From the NCBI GenBank assembly GCA_965603825.1, contig CBFDEM010000036.1, forward strand, positions 682,001 to 746,000: a stretch of DNA of 64,000 bases, in the 5' to 3' direction. Positions 11,838 to 23,855 of this stretch are shown here, one piece after another (within the stretch, counting starts at the first letter, position 1; each line of letters starts with the position of its first letter). Below the pieces are notes generated by a model. It saw only the letters and a program-made list of their open reading frames with translations, was not told where the DNA came from and did not search any database. The DNA comes from Blepharisma stoltei ATCC 30299 (taxonomy: Eukaryota; Protista; Ciliophora). The position numbers were made by a program, and so were the translations under genes.

Positions 11838-12443
11838 TTACAGTGGAGGGAGTTTTAGTCCATATTTCGAAGGGAAAATATCTTTCTCTTCAGAAATAGT
11901 CTTCAAAATATTCGATAAACCTCTTTCTTTCAAAGACTCATCAATTTCTTCGAAACTTAAATTTTCAATTCCTTGATGAGTGCTTTGAAATTTCTTGCTT
12001 TTAATCAAGTTGCTGACTCCTAAATCCATAATCCGCTGCTGGACACTTAATAAATTATTCCTTGCAGAATGGTTTCTATTGACTAGAAATTCCAATCTTT
12101 GGAATCCTTCATCATAAGTGGGAGATGCGCTTAATAAGCTATTATCTGCCTTTTTCGATATTGGCTCAAGAGATTTCTCTCTTATAGGCGGCAATATTAA
12201 AGGCTCAACCGATTTCGTTTCAAATCTTATCGCTTGCATATCATCTCTCCCTTTGAACACAGAATGGCTTCTTTGAAATGAATCATTAGGGGACAACGAT
12301 ATTTTTACTGATAATCGGCTCATGCTTAGATTAGACGGGTTTTCTTTCTTCGTAAGCATCGTTTTTATATTCTTTGGAGCTTGTTTTTTCTTTTTTCGAG
12401 GCTTGTAAATTGAATAGAGTTCTGCGATATTTTGTTTGTGCAT
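11838..12443 (-). CDS. hypothetical basic protein
   Basis: 201-aa ORF with coding-like composition; no recognised domain. Confidence 0.6.
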   Translation of the reverse strand: MHKQNIAELYSIYKPRKKKKQAPKNIKTMLTKKENPSNLSMSRLSVKISLSPNDSFQRSHSVFKGRDDMQAIRFETKSVEPLILPPIREKSLEPISKKADNSLLSASPTYDEGFQRLEFLVNRNHSARNNLLSVQQRIMDLGVSNLIKSKKFQSTHQGIENLSFEEIDESLKERGLSNILKTISEEKDIFPSKYGLKLPPL

Positions 12444-12470
12444 TAATAACAGTAGAGTATAAGCATAATA

Positions 12471-13721
12471 ATGGAAATTGAGAAATATTTGTGTATAATT
12501 TGAATAGGAATTGAAGGATTAATTTATGTGCCAGTCGGAATTTTACTGCTATTTAGATCAGCAAAAGTGCCTATCAAGAATATGAGTCCTTGCCTTGTGC
12601 ATTTATCACATTGAGGAAACTATATAGAAACCAATCTGTTGCTTTTAGCAATTTTTTTCAAAGATAGTTGCAATAGTGAGACATATAATAGCGCTTGGCA
12701 GTATACTTATCAGTCAATTTCTATTATTTCGAGATATACGCTGTTTTTTAGCTATGTTTTAAGAGGATATCGGGTTTATTTTATTTTTCATTTAGATAAA
12801 AATCGAGATGAAAGAGACAGCTATTTCAGGAAAAATAAACAAAGAACTCACCAAAAATGACTATTAAAAGCGTTATCTATCTTGATGAGTCCAATCTTTT
12901 TGCTCGCAATCTTCAATTCTATTAGTGCAGTACACAAATATTTTCCAACAAGTTCTTGTTTTTCTCGAAATACAGTTTTTGAGCTTTATACACTAATGAT
13001 ATATATTGCTATATCATTTATAGAAGAACTTATTTTTGTTATAATTGTATATGTATTACGAAACGTAAACGATGATTTCAAAATGCAAAAAGAATTGACT
13101 TTTGTATGCTTAATCTGAGTTATCGCAGGGGTTTTTAAAATTGATTCCATGAAGCGTTATCATATACTTACTTTTACTGACAATGGGTGAAGATGAGCGT
13201 CTTTAATTCGAGATAATATTGCGATGCTTGCTACTTCATTTTTTCCATTGATAAGGACTTACTATGGAGAAGATTTCCCAGAAATTTTGACTATAGAAAT
13301 GCTACAGTCATTGGACCTAATTTTAAACTGCAGAGTCACTTTAGATGCCTTTGAACAAGCTTTAATGGATGATATTAATGATGATAAAGGGCCTGAATAT
13401 ATACATCTGTGGCTTAAATGCGAGTGCTACAAGCATGATCCAGATATGGATATAGAAAAAGATATAAAAATGCAAGCTATGAAATTGGAAATACCAGAAA
13501 CTGATTATATTTTAGTAATTCAAGCTCACACTTACAGTATTTTGCAAAATCATTATTATCCTAAATTTAGAAATTCAGCGACATTTAGGTACTTGGAAAG
13601 TGATATTGCAAGGCAACAAATATATCAGCATAGAATTATGGCAGCAAATAGAAACACTAGTAGCAGAAGAATTGAAAGTGAGCTAAAGGAAACTGTTAGC
13701 CAAATTGGTGAAGAAAAATAG
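12471..13721 (+). CDS. 7TM-RGS protein (multi-pass membrane domain fused to an RGS domain), 416 aa
   Basis: One frame from ATG 12471 through six TGA codons. Hydrophobic helices with NMSP.L and VNDDFKMQKEL motifs, then RGS-like LDLIL...AFEQAL...EYIHLWLKCECYK...ILQNHYYPKFRNS. Confidence 0.75.
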
Positions 13722-14160
13722 AAAGAATTGTCGGAGAAATCAATATTTTTTGTTAATTAAATATTAAAATTGGAATAGCATCTATGTATTGTGTCAATAT
13801 GGCTGCTAGCAAGATTTACTGGAAATATTAATTCATGCATTTTTCAATAAACTCATAATAATTAATGAATATTATGCTTGTAAATAAAGTTTAGCTTGAG
13901 TATGGCTAATTATTTCATCTAATCTTGGTTTTATATTAAATTTTAAATATAAATATTAAGATTCTGTCAGATTAAAAAAAATGTTAAATTATACTGATCT
14001 AAGATTTTATTGAAAAAATTTTGGATTATGAATTTTTATTAGCTGTTAAGTGCCCAGCATTTTAAGCTGATCCATATCATTCTGAGATATCACTGGATAG
14101 CATGTGCAATTTGAATTATTTTGTATAATTTAATCTTATTTAACAAATTATTTACACTTG

Positions 14161-14787
14161 CTACACAAGCTGCTGACATCCTCTCATGAGCATCATATAC
14201 TGCCAATAGCAATAAGCTCCAAATTGTTGTAGCATTTGATTATACTGCAAATAGCCTTTGTTTTCTGAAACATATTTTTGACAATCATCATCAAAAGTTT
14301 CAACTTTCTTTTCATCTATCACTTCAGCCTTTTTAATCTGCTTAACTTCTTTAACCTCTTTAAACTCTTCAATTTTCTTAATTTCTAGCCTTTTCTGAGG
14401 TTTTTTATAAATTCGCAACTTATAACTGGTGGCCTTATCAATATTTTCTAGACTTTTTATGTTTTTCCACTCTAAATAAAAGTTACTGCTTTCTTCATAT
14501 GAATAGTAAACAATCACAAAATCATTTTTTAAGCCAACTTTTAGCCTTTTTAAACCTTTTTCTAGAATTTTTTCAGGTTTTGAATTCACTGAAGAAGCAA
14601 AATTTATTGTGACAGAAGGGGTTTTCGGCTTTCTATAAGTAAACTTTATTAGGTTGGTTTCTGCTGGTTTTTTAATAGGAGCTGCTTCAAAGGTGAAATG
14701 GGTTGTTGCCTTTCGGATTCGCTTGGATATATATGATGCTTCTTCATTTTTCGTTGATGACTGTAAGGTTCGTTTAATGGCTTCCAT
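14161..14787 (-). CDS. hypothetical Lys-rich protein
   Basis: 208-aa ORF. Confidence 0.6.
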   Translation of the reverse strand: MEAIKRTLQSSTKNEEASYISKRIRKATTHFTFEAAPIKKPAETNLIKFTYRKPKTPSVTINFASSVNSKPEKILEKGLKRLKVGLKNDFVIVYYSYEESSNFYLEWKNIKSLENIDKATSYKLRIYKKPQKRLEIKKIEEFKEVKEVKQIKKAEVIDEKKVETFDDDCQKYVSENKGYLQYNQMLQQFGAYCYWQYMMLMRGCQQLV

Positions 14788-15433
14788 TTATTATTATCAT
14801 AAGAAAATGGCCGACTGTTTTTTTAAGGCAGCAGAAAAATGCGGTTTTATATTTTACTATTAAATATTATCATTAAGTGCAAAGCCTATTCATAGTTTAA
14901 ATTCTCACATATATATCCGCACATAGCAAGTGCTTTCATTAAAAATAAAAAAAAAAAAAATTGCTAAATTAGAATGCCCTTAATCTTCCCGTTTTTGAAT
15001 TGTCTCTGTTTGTATATACCAACTCTGAGTAACAGTGAGAGACAGCCAACTGTTAGACTTTACATCTGCATTCAAACCCTTAGGAGCTCAATACCTAAAT
15101 CAGCCTCAGCCCAAGCATCTTCTCTTTTAGCTCCAAATCTCCAGAAATCATGGATCCCTTTCACTTGAGTTGAGCTGTGGATGCCTTACCTCATGAAATA
15201 TTTTGAATATTAGTTTTATTCTTTATTTTATTTGAATGCTTAACACATTATTTATCTATATTTTAAAATTTATACCCAAGCCTTCCTTAATTTTTATGTA
15301 ACTTTTATAAATTCAAATATTGAACTATAAAACGTTTTTTAAATAACACTAATTTAAGTAATCTAAGTATCTCATGCATTAAAAACAGTTATGACACAAA
15401 ACTTTCAATAACTCATAATTCAGTTAAAAAAAG

Positions 15434-17131
15434 ATGAACTCTTCCAGCATGGATTCAGGAAATGGTGATTACTTCCAAGAAGATTCCAATCATAATACAT
15501 CATCCAACAGTGAATTACTAGTGTTGACAATAGATTTAGGAGACACAAAAGATAATATAATAGTTCGTGAAAATGATAGGCCTTGCGATCTAGCTAAAGC
15601 ATTTTGTATGAAGCACGGCTTAAGTCTCAATATTCAAGAAAATCTAATTGATCACATTTTGGTGAATTTAGATAAATTAATCCATGATATTGCGACAGAA
15701 TTGCCAACTCCTAACAAATCTTATAGATCTTCATCCGGCAATACATCAAGAATTTTACAGCACGTAAATCAATCTTTTACATTTGCTCCAACGATAAATA
15801 GCAATTCAAGAAGAATGGTAAGAGGCAAATATCGATCACCTGTGTATGAAAGACTTCATAAAATGAGCATGAAAGAAACAAAAGAAATTGAAGTAAAAGT
15901 CGAAAAAAAATCGAGTAAAATTGAGCATCCAGGTAAAAGATTATATGAACTTGCGATTATAAAGAAAAAAGAAAAAGAAACCAAAGCCAAAGAAGTTTTA
16001 GAAAAGAAAGAAAAAGAAGAAGCAGAAAGTCTAACTTTCGCGCCAGAAATTAACAAGCGAAAAATAAAAAGAGAAAGCAAGCTAGAAGACGATTTGATTG
16101 AAAAAGGCAAAAAGCTCAAAGAAAATTTAAATAAAAAGCGCCAAGAAAGTATGGACAAGGAACAAAGTTTTTGTACTTTTTCTCCACAAATAGATGCAAA
16201 AAGTGAGGAAATTGTAAAGAAAAAAAATTATTCAGACAGATTTGATTATCTTTATAAAGATGCTAAAGCCAGAGATGAGAAAAATAAATGCCAAGCTGAA
16301 ATAAGGTAATATCAACACAGCTTGAAAAAGCAATGCCCATTTTCCCCTAAAATTTCGAATAAATCTGAAATCAATTTAAATTCTAAAGGGATTGCAGAAA
16401 AATTATTTAATTGAAAAAAGGAAAATGATACAAAAATTAATAAGTAATTTTTACATAGAAAAAGAGACGAAAAACAAGCAAAAGAAACTATAGATCCTGA
16501 TACAGGTGCAGAATTTTTTAAGCCTAAAATTTTGAGAGGGCCAAACAGAATAAGGAATAATGATATATGAAATCATTTATACACAAAAAGATCAAATAGT
16601 GTAGAAAGTTTCAGAGGTCGCTCACCAGAACGTGGTTATAAAAACCCAGCATCAGAAAAAATTGTGGATAAAGTAATAATCCATAGATTTTTTGATATAT
16701 TCCAAAAGCTTAAATCTGATAATGGCAAAATAGCCTATTCAGACATCAGAATTAGCATTTTGGACCCAAAAATTGGGCATATTATTAGTCCTTTAGTTAA
16801 AGAAATCGAAGAAAGCAAAGAAACTTTGACATTTGAAGAATTTTGTGGAGGAATGGAAGCATTGATGAAATGCTTAACCCCTCAAGATAGGAATTACTTA
16901 CTGTTTTATGACAGACCAAAAAGAGAAAAAAGCGCAGAAACTCCAAAAATGCACTCAAGATCATCATCACCTGGCAGCGGAAGTGAGTTTTATAACCGGC
17001 TAATGGAAAGAAAGCAAATCTCAGAAAAGAAAATTCAGAGGATGAGAAGTGAAAAAGAAATTGCAGACCTACAAGAATGCACATTTCAGCCAAACTCTGC
17101 AAGGAAAAAGCTGTTTTTAGACAATAATTAA
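15434..17131 (+). CDS. protein with repeated (C)TFxPxI motifs and a C-terminal EF-hand-like segment; 2 introns
   Basis: Introns 16306-16320 and 16444-16458 plus TGA=Trp join the ORFs. Repeats FTFAPTIN, LTFAPEIN, CTFSPQID, CPFSPKIS, CTFQPN. Confidence 0.75.
16306..16320 (+). other. 15-nt spliceosomal intron
   Basis: gtaatatcaacacag; A at position 10; removes an in-frame TAA. Confidence 0.85.
16444..16458 (+). other. 15-nt spliceosomal intron
   Basis: gtaatttttacatag; removes an in-frame TAA. Confidence 0.85.
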
Positions 17132-17244
17132 GGTTTTATTGCATTATTACAAAAAAGTAATTGTTTAAAGAACATTTTCATGATTTCCCATATTAATTAT
17201 ATAATTTTCGTCTTTGGCTTAATAAATCTCTGTGCAAACAAATT

Positions 17245-17811
17245 ATGTATTTTTATGAAAATCCATCCCCAAAAATATCAAGCAAGATTATAGAGTTTCC
17301 TTTTTCTCAAACAATAGCATCCAAAGCGCTTCGAGGATCCTACATAAAATCCTTCTCAGCAAAACCTACACAAAGGATCTTAACTCCTTATAAAGAAAAA
17401 AATTCAAAATCTCCTCCCAAGAATTTGCTGAAACCTAACAAGCAGATTTATTTGCCATCAACTAAAAGACAAAATTACAAGCCTAAAAGTAGGCTAGGAA
17501 AGCGGCTTCAACTAGATGAAACTATTCCTATTTATAAGTCTCAAGTCCACGTTGAGACTCCAACTTCCTTTTTATACTCAACTCGTTTCCAAAGGAATCC
17601 AAAGTTGGTATATGATAGCACAAAAAGAGATTATGTGTATCAAGATGTAGATGAAATAAATAAAAATTTTATTCACAAATTTAAAGACAGCTCATTTCAG
17701 CCGAGTCCAAGACCTCAGACTGCAAAGCCTGTTAGGTTAAATAGCTCTTATGCACATGAAAGTGGGAGATCAAATAAAAGCCCAAAGATGATTAGAATAT
17801 TTGAATTTTAA
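17245..17811 (+). CDS. hypothetical basic protein
   Basis: 188-aa ORF. Confidence 0.6.
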   Translation: MYFYENPSPKISSKIIEFPFSQTIASKALRGSYIKSFSAKPTQRILTPYKEKNSKSPPKNLLKPNKQIYLPSTKRQNYKPKSRLGKRLQLDETIPIYKSQVHVETPTSFLYSTRFQRNPKLVYDSTKRDYVYQDVDEINKNFIHKFKDSSFQPSPRPQTAKPVRLNSSYAHESGRSNKSPKMIRIFEF

Positions 17812-18228
17812 ATTAAAATAAATAGAGTTTTTTAAAATAAATCTTGCTATTTGTTAGTTTTATTAAAATTTCAACTTAAGAAAAAAATAAAATCAAGTTG
17901 CCATTAGTTTTATATTAATACAATATAATATAATTAGAATTCAAAAAATTTTTTTGCTCAAAAATTATTTTTCTTGATATAGAATTATATGAAAACAGCG
18001 AAAAAACTTATATAATAGCTCACTTGCTTTAATATTTCAGAAAATCAATTTAAATTTTTTTCGATGATTATCAAAATTTTTCTTTGAGTTCCAAACTCAA
18101 GCTCTCACAATTGCACGAGATATGAATTTTCAAATCTAATCTCCTTTATAACTTTTCTCTTATCATTATGCGAAAATTGTTAGGCATATTTTAATGGATG
18201 TTAAAATAATATTGACAGTAAAGCACAA

Positions 18229-18666
18229 ATGTGCAAAGGAAGACATGATACCCATAAAGAATTGACACAAGACGAGGAACTTACAATTCCTCAAAGATAC
18301 TCAGATTTAAGTACTTCAGAGAGCATTGACTCTGAAGAAGGTTTTTTCTCTAAAGATCCCTTCTGGTCAGAAGAAGGACACAATCAATTAGAAGAATGGC
18401 GTCAAAGTATTTTGAACCAAAACGATACCTTTACAGTAAATTCAAGCTTGTTTACTCCAATCTCAGAAAAGGGAGAAAGGCACTACAAATTATTAAACGA
18501 CAAAGTCCATAAGCTCCTTGATGTTTTAAATGAAACCATGGACTCCATCAACATTAGAGACGACTACTCACACAAGCCTGCTACAATAAAGCTAGACGGG
18601 CCAAAACTTTCATTATTGCACAGAAGGCGCGCATTACTGCCTTCTGGAATTGACACAAAATATTAG
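18229..18666 (+). CDS. hypothetical protein
   Basis: 145-aa ORF with higher GC than its flanks. Confidence 0.6.
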   Translation: MCKGRHDTHKELTQDEELTIPQRYSDLSTSESIDSEEGFFSKDPFWSEEGHNQLEEWRQSILNQNDTFTVNSSLFTPISEKGERHYKLLNDKVHKLLDVLNETMDSINIRDDYSHKPATIKLDGPKLSLLHRRRALLPSGIDTKY

Positions 18667-19636
18667 AATTATGTAACTAATTAAATTAAAGTAAAATGTT
18701 GTAATTTTCAAAATTGGAGGTTCTGATAAGGAATGAGATATACAATTGAGCTTAATAATAAAAGAATTGTTTGAATTTGGCGCTTTAGAATTTTTTGGGG
18801 AAGAAATATTGGTTAAATCTGTTAAAAGGGAAGCAAATGTCTATAAGATATAAATATTAAAGTAAATAAATTTTAAGAAGTTATTATTATATAGAATAAT
18901 TTAAAATCAATAATTAGCTATTCAAATTATTTTTAGTTTTTTTAAATCATAATTTATTCAGACCAATTATAATTGGAATATTAATTTGGAATATTGATTA
19001 GATATTTTATGTATTATATCAATTAAAGAATGGATTTAAAATCTTTAGAGATGCGAGTATATATATATCCTTACTCATTATTGAAAAATTAATGTTCAAA
19101 TAGTTTAAATTTACTATTCAGATGGTACCATATTTTAAAGAACTTAAATATTTAAGGACAAATTCACTTTATTAAAAAATATAAAAGATCTAATATATTA
19201 ACGCTAAGGTTAAAAAGTCAAGTTCTCATGGCTATTAGTATATTTTCTATAAAATTAGAAAACTATTAGCTTATTATTTATTTAGCTCTGACAAATTTCA
19301 ACCCCTCAAATTGCCTATAAAAATAATCTCCTTAATCATGCAAAACTGCAATTTATTAAATTAAACTTTGAATCAAGATAAATTAGAAAAATTAGTAGAA
19401 AAATGGTTCATTTATATATTTTATATAGAAGAAAAAGAGATAGCAGTTATATACGCATTGCAAAATAAAAAACTAAATAAGCTTCAGATATAAATTAACA
19501 TATTAGCAAATAAATTTTCAAAGTAAATTCTATTAGCTAATATCTGTCTATAAATTAGATTGCATTTGATTCAATTTTTTTCATATGCTTAAATTCAATA
19601 AAATCTATTAATTTTAATTACAGTCAAATAAAAAAT

Positions 19637-20725
19637 ATGGGAACTGGTTGCAATACATGTCTTAAAGATACTGATATTGATGAAGAACGATTTATTATTG
19701 ACAAGCGCTCACACAAAAATAACAAAAATCTCGACTCCTCATTTATTTTATTTTCCCCTCATCCATTTTACCCAGAATATGACTCGTCTTCAATAGTTCT
19801 TTTGCAAAGTGTCATCAGAGGTTACATAGAACGAAAATCATTATCAATTAAAATTCATGCTGGATCTCACTCCAGAGCAGAATCTGACACTAATTCTCGA
19901 TCTATTATAGAAATTTGAGGACCAATTCCTGATTACTCTAATTCGGCAACGATAACGACAGCGAAAAAATTGGGTCGTTTTAAGTACCAAAAAAAATTTA
20001 TCGATGAGGTGAAAGTATTTAAAAAAGGCCCAGTGCAGATTGAAGGAGGAGCGATTTATATTGGTGAATGAAATGAAAATTGGGAGAGGTATGGAAAAGG
20101 AATTCAGACTTGAAAAGATGGGTCGAAGTATGAAGGGTATTGAAAAAATGACTTTGCTAATGGAAGAGGGAGGCTGATTCACAGCGATGGAGATAGCTAT
20201 GAAGGCGATTGAGTAGACGGCAAGGCCAGTGGAAAAGGCATATACATTCATTCAGATGATACTCGCTATGAAGGAGACTGGCTTAATGATGAAAAGCATG
20301 GCAATGGAATAGAAATATGATCTAATGGGTCACGCTATGAAGGTAGCTATGAATACGGAAAAAAGCATGGAAAAGGAAAACTAATTTTAGCTGATGGATC
20401 ATACGAAGGAGATTTTTTTGAAGGAAACATTCACGGATATGGAGTTTATCAATGAAAAGACCTAAGAAAATACAGTGGTCAATGGAAGAACAACAAAATG
20501 GATGGCCAAGGCAGTTTTGTTTGGCCTGACGGAAGATTCTATAAAGGAGAATATCACAAAGATCATAAACATGGCTTTGGAATTTTTAAGTGGCCTAATG
20601 GAAAAGTTTATGAAGGTTTTTGGAAAAATGGAAAACAAAACGGATTAGGAAAAATGACTAATTCAGATGGGAAAATAGAAGAAGGGGAATGAAGAGATGG
20701 GAAGCTTGTACAAAATAAATTGTAA
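19637..20725 (+). CDS. MORN-repeat protein with IQ-like motif and N-terminal acylation signal, 362 aa
   Basis: MGTGCNTC; LQSVIRGYIER; tandem YEG.W...HG.G...W.DG repeats in which many Trp positions are TGA; TAA 20723-20725. Confidence 0.9.
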
Positions 20726-20898
20726 AACTACAATAGCCTTAAATTTTTATTAAACGAAAGACTAAAGAAAATTCTTGGCAATTATTAATTCTTTAGCATT
20801 GATTGCATTAATTTTTTGCAGCGTTCTTTGTTTACTATTTTTAATAGTCAAAATAGTAATTTTATTCATTTTTCTTGTTTTAGTGATTTTATATTAAT

Positions 20899-21544
20899 AT
20901 GGAATCCTGGGAAGAGGAATATCGTAAAGTTAAGACACGCCAAGAGCGCTTTGGAATTATTGACCAATCTCTGAATTTAAATACTCCAGTAATTCCAATA
21001 TTAGGAAGAGCGTAAAAAACAGAAAGAAAGAATGGAAAGATTCGGAACCCAGCAAGCTCCAGGTGATAAAGAAATATGAAATCCATCAATAGAGCCAGCT
21101 GGGGAGATAAGACCAGACACTCTTCATCTATATGGAGTTGATTATATGAGCACAAAAGAAATATTAAAGCATTTTGATGGATTTAAGCCTCTAAAAGTAG
21201 AATGACTTAATGATAGTTCTTGCAATGTGCAGTTTCCTGGGCCAGACTTCGCTTTAAACGCATTCAATACAAACTGTGTAGAAAATGTGGAAAATTTAGA
21301 AAATTTTGAAAATAATAAACGGCAAGCAGTCGGGTACTATGCGGATGGGAAATCTTTACCTATTTACATAAGATTTTCTACGACAAATGTAAAAGTGATT
21401 TAGGATGTAAAAAATGATGAAACTAAACCAAAAGACTCCAAATATTATAAGTGGAAAAAACAGCAAAATATCAAAAATAAAGCCATTTCTAGGAGAAATA
21501 ATAAGCAAAAATTTAGGAAAAGAAAAAATGAAGAGGATGAATAA
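20899..21544 (+). CDS. NCBP3-like (nuclear cap-binding subunit 3) RRM protein; 2 introns
   Basis: TLHLYGVDYMSTKEILKHF, VEWLNDSSCNVQF (W=TGA), RFSTTND.K...SKYY; introns 20989-21004 and 21389-21403. Confidence 0.8.
20989..21004 (+). other. 16-nt spliceosomal intron
   Basis: gtaattccaatattag; removal restores the frame. Confidence 0.8.
21389..21403 (+). other. 15-nt spliceosomal intron
   Basis: gtaaaagtgatttag; ends in an in-frame TAG. Confidence 0.85.
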
Positions 21545-21577
21545 TAAGATAAAATACTTGATTATTTAATTACGACA

Positions 21578-22483
21578 TTAAAAAACGATGCACTTGCATG
21601 AATCTTTCTTTTCGTCAGTGTCTATGACACAGCTGTTATTATTTGCTAAGCTTTCTCTTAACTTTAAAATTGTGCTCATCAGCTCAGTTTGTTCTTTTTC
21701 TTTTAATTTAAATTCTTCTTGTCCTGTTGTAATTCTTTGATTAATGGAATCTATTTCTGTTTGGATTTCTTTAATTTGTATTGCAAGACTTCTGATATCT
21801 GAAGATTCTTCTTCAATAAATTCATGCTCTACTTCTAAGAAATCCCTTTTATTTAAGTTGGGGAATTTTGCAGGCGTTTCTACCCTATCACAAGCCGCCT
21901 CAAAATTTTTTCTCATCATCTTTATTTCATGTTTGGTCTTCAAAGTTTCATTAAGCACCTCGGTTGCTGATTTATGCAAGCTCACTAAGTCTTCTTTATA
22001 TATCGACGTTTCAGTTTCACTCCTCGCACTAGTCTCCAAATATTTTGACTGTGCAAAGCTGAAATGCTTCAATTGCTGCTTTAGTCCCTTAATCAAGCTT
22101 TTAGACTTTTTTTTCAATTGTGTGGTATCCAATTCACTTTCAGATTCGCTCTCACTGAAACTGGAATTTAAAAGTCTGCTGCCAAGTTCAAAAGTTTCTG
22201 ATGTTTTTTTGTCTGTTTTATCCAGATCCTGTGGAGGAGGAATCCCTAAATCACTTTTTGTATGTGAAGTATACAAAGGAGAAGGATTTTCCTGCTCGCA
22301 ATGGAGAACTGATAAATGTGTTGTGCTATCTGAAAGTTCCTTTGCTGCAGACAGCAAAGTGGGAGGAAAATCTAAGCCATTATTTTCAGTGATTATTTTT
22401 AGCTTCGAAATTCTATCGCTTAGTTCTTTGGTGAAAGCATGGTGGGATTTGTGGGAGTCTCTAGGAATACTTGTTACAAACAT
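21578..22483 (-). CDS. coiled-coil protein with C-terminal CaaX (CKCIVF)
   Basis: 301-aa ORF with heptad-rich C-terminus and prenylation-type end. Confidence 0.7.
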   Translation of the reverse strand: MFVTSIPRDSHKSHHAFTKELSDRISKLKIITENNGLDFPPTLLSAAKELSDSTTHLSVLHCEQENPSPLYTSHTKSDLGIPPPQDLDKTDKKTSETFELGSRLLNSSFSESESESELDTTQLKKKSKSLIKGLKQQLKHFSFAQSKYLETSARSETETSIYKEDLVSLHKSATEVLNETLKTKHEIKMMRKNFEAACDRVETPAKFPNLNKRDFLEVEHEFIEEESSDIRSLAIQIKEIQTEIDSINQRITTGQEEFKLKEKEQTELMSTILKLRESLANNNSCVIDTDEKKDSCKCIVF

Positions 22484-22721
22484 TTTTTATTACATGATGA
22501 TTAGTAATGAAAACGATTAAACCATAATTATGGCAAGAGTTTGGACCAGTGAAGAAATAATTTAACATTTTGAGTACATGAAAAGAATGATCATGAAATT
22601 ACAGAAATAATGGACTTAAACTAATAAAATTCTATAGGACATTTTATTTAAAACTAGACTATTTCTGGATACTAATATTTGAGTTATAGAAAAAAAGTGA
22701 TTTTGCTAATTTTAATATGTA

Positions 22722-23855
22722 ATGGAATCTGAATCATACAAGCATTTATTATCATTATTACTACAATGCAAAATTTGCTGTAATTATTTCAATACCCAAG
22801 ATCGCAGACCTTTAAGCTTATTTTGTGGGCATACCATATGCTTTTCCTGTGCAAGCAGACTAAATCAGCAATATGGTTTATTAGAATGCCCTCTAGACCG
22901 CATTAGAGAAGTCCGGCCCTTAAAAAGCATAAATGAATCCTACCAAATTTTAGACGTCATCGATAAAATTGAAGTATTATGTGATAATCACATAGAAATT
23001 CCTGCTTATTACTATAATGATGAAACAAAACAATTTCTATGCAGTGAATGCCACAATGAAAAATGCTCTGAAATCTTAGAAGTCAATGCCGGAAATCTCT
23101 TAAGAGCACGAATCAACTCAATCATAGATGAACGAGAAATAAATGAGCTCCCAGCCGAAATTGCTGAACAATTCGCAAGAGCTGAAACGCTTACAAACAC
23201 CCAGCTTCAAATTTGCTTAATCAAGCTAAAAAACTTCGAAGAAGGCAAAGAGATTGAAGAAGGTCTTCACTTCCCAAAGCCTATTATTAAACAGGAGAAA
23301 AGGTGGTGCATAAAAGATGACCGAATTGAATTGGAGCGATTTTATAACATTTTCCCAAACCAATATACAAGCAATATGAGTCAAGTCAAGAAGTGATCAA
23401 TAGGGAAAAATAAAAGGCAAGTCGAAGCAATTGTCCTCATCCCCTCTAAGAGCATTCAATTGCTAGGGTTAGGGCTAGCTTCTGAAGTAGAAAGATCACA
23501 AAACTCAGCAATAGAATATATACAAATTAGACAGGGGAGAACAACTGATGGGACAGTACTTATTGATGAATACCATAAATATTCTATATGCGAATATAGT
23601 GAACAAGTAATTCCAATATTATTTAGTCATGGCGTCGAGGTGAGGGAATGAGATCCAATAGTAATAAAAGTCAAGTATAATGGAAACTGACTGTTTTATG
23701 GAGACCCAAAATCCCGAATAAATCCTTTAAAAGGCCCTGATGATGTCGAGTTTAAAATCGAAGAGCCTATTACACGTGGTGGAGACTATCTAAATGGCCA
23801 AAGCAGTTTATCAGGACCAATAGTTCGATTAATTTATAGAAAACTGAATTTTTAA
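22722..23855 (+). CDS. RING finger protein with B-box-like and PHR-like domains (putative E3 ligase), 377 aa
   Basis: C..C...CGHTIC..C...CPLDR RING; three TGA=Trp; C-terminal W...VEAI...LLGLGL...GPIVRLIY resembles PHR domains. Confidence 0.7.

Noticed and set aside
14974-15213. 79-aa plus-strand ORF, or a minus-strand mini-gene with intron gtaaggcatccacag
   Set aside because: No recognisable protein, and the putative intron lacks the position-10 A present in all other 15-nt introns here.
18667-19636. Long AT-rich spacer as a retained IES or MITE
   Set aside because: No terminal inverted repeats or interrupted gene were visible; this cannot be supported without germline data.
21744-22520. 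258-aa plus-strand ORF
   Set aside because: Ser/Phe/Leu-rich antisense shadow of the CaaX coiled-coil gene.
23463-23477. Telomere-like CTAGGGTTAGGGCTA
   Set aside because: Fewer than three units, and it encodes LGLGL inside a coding domain.
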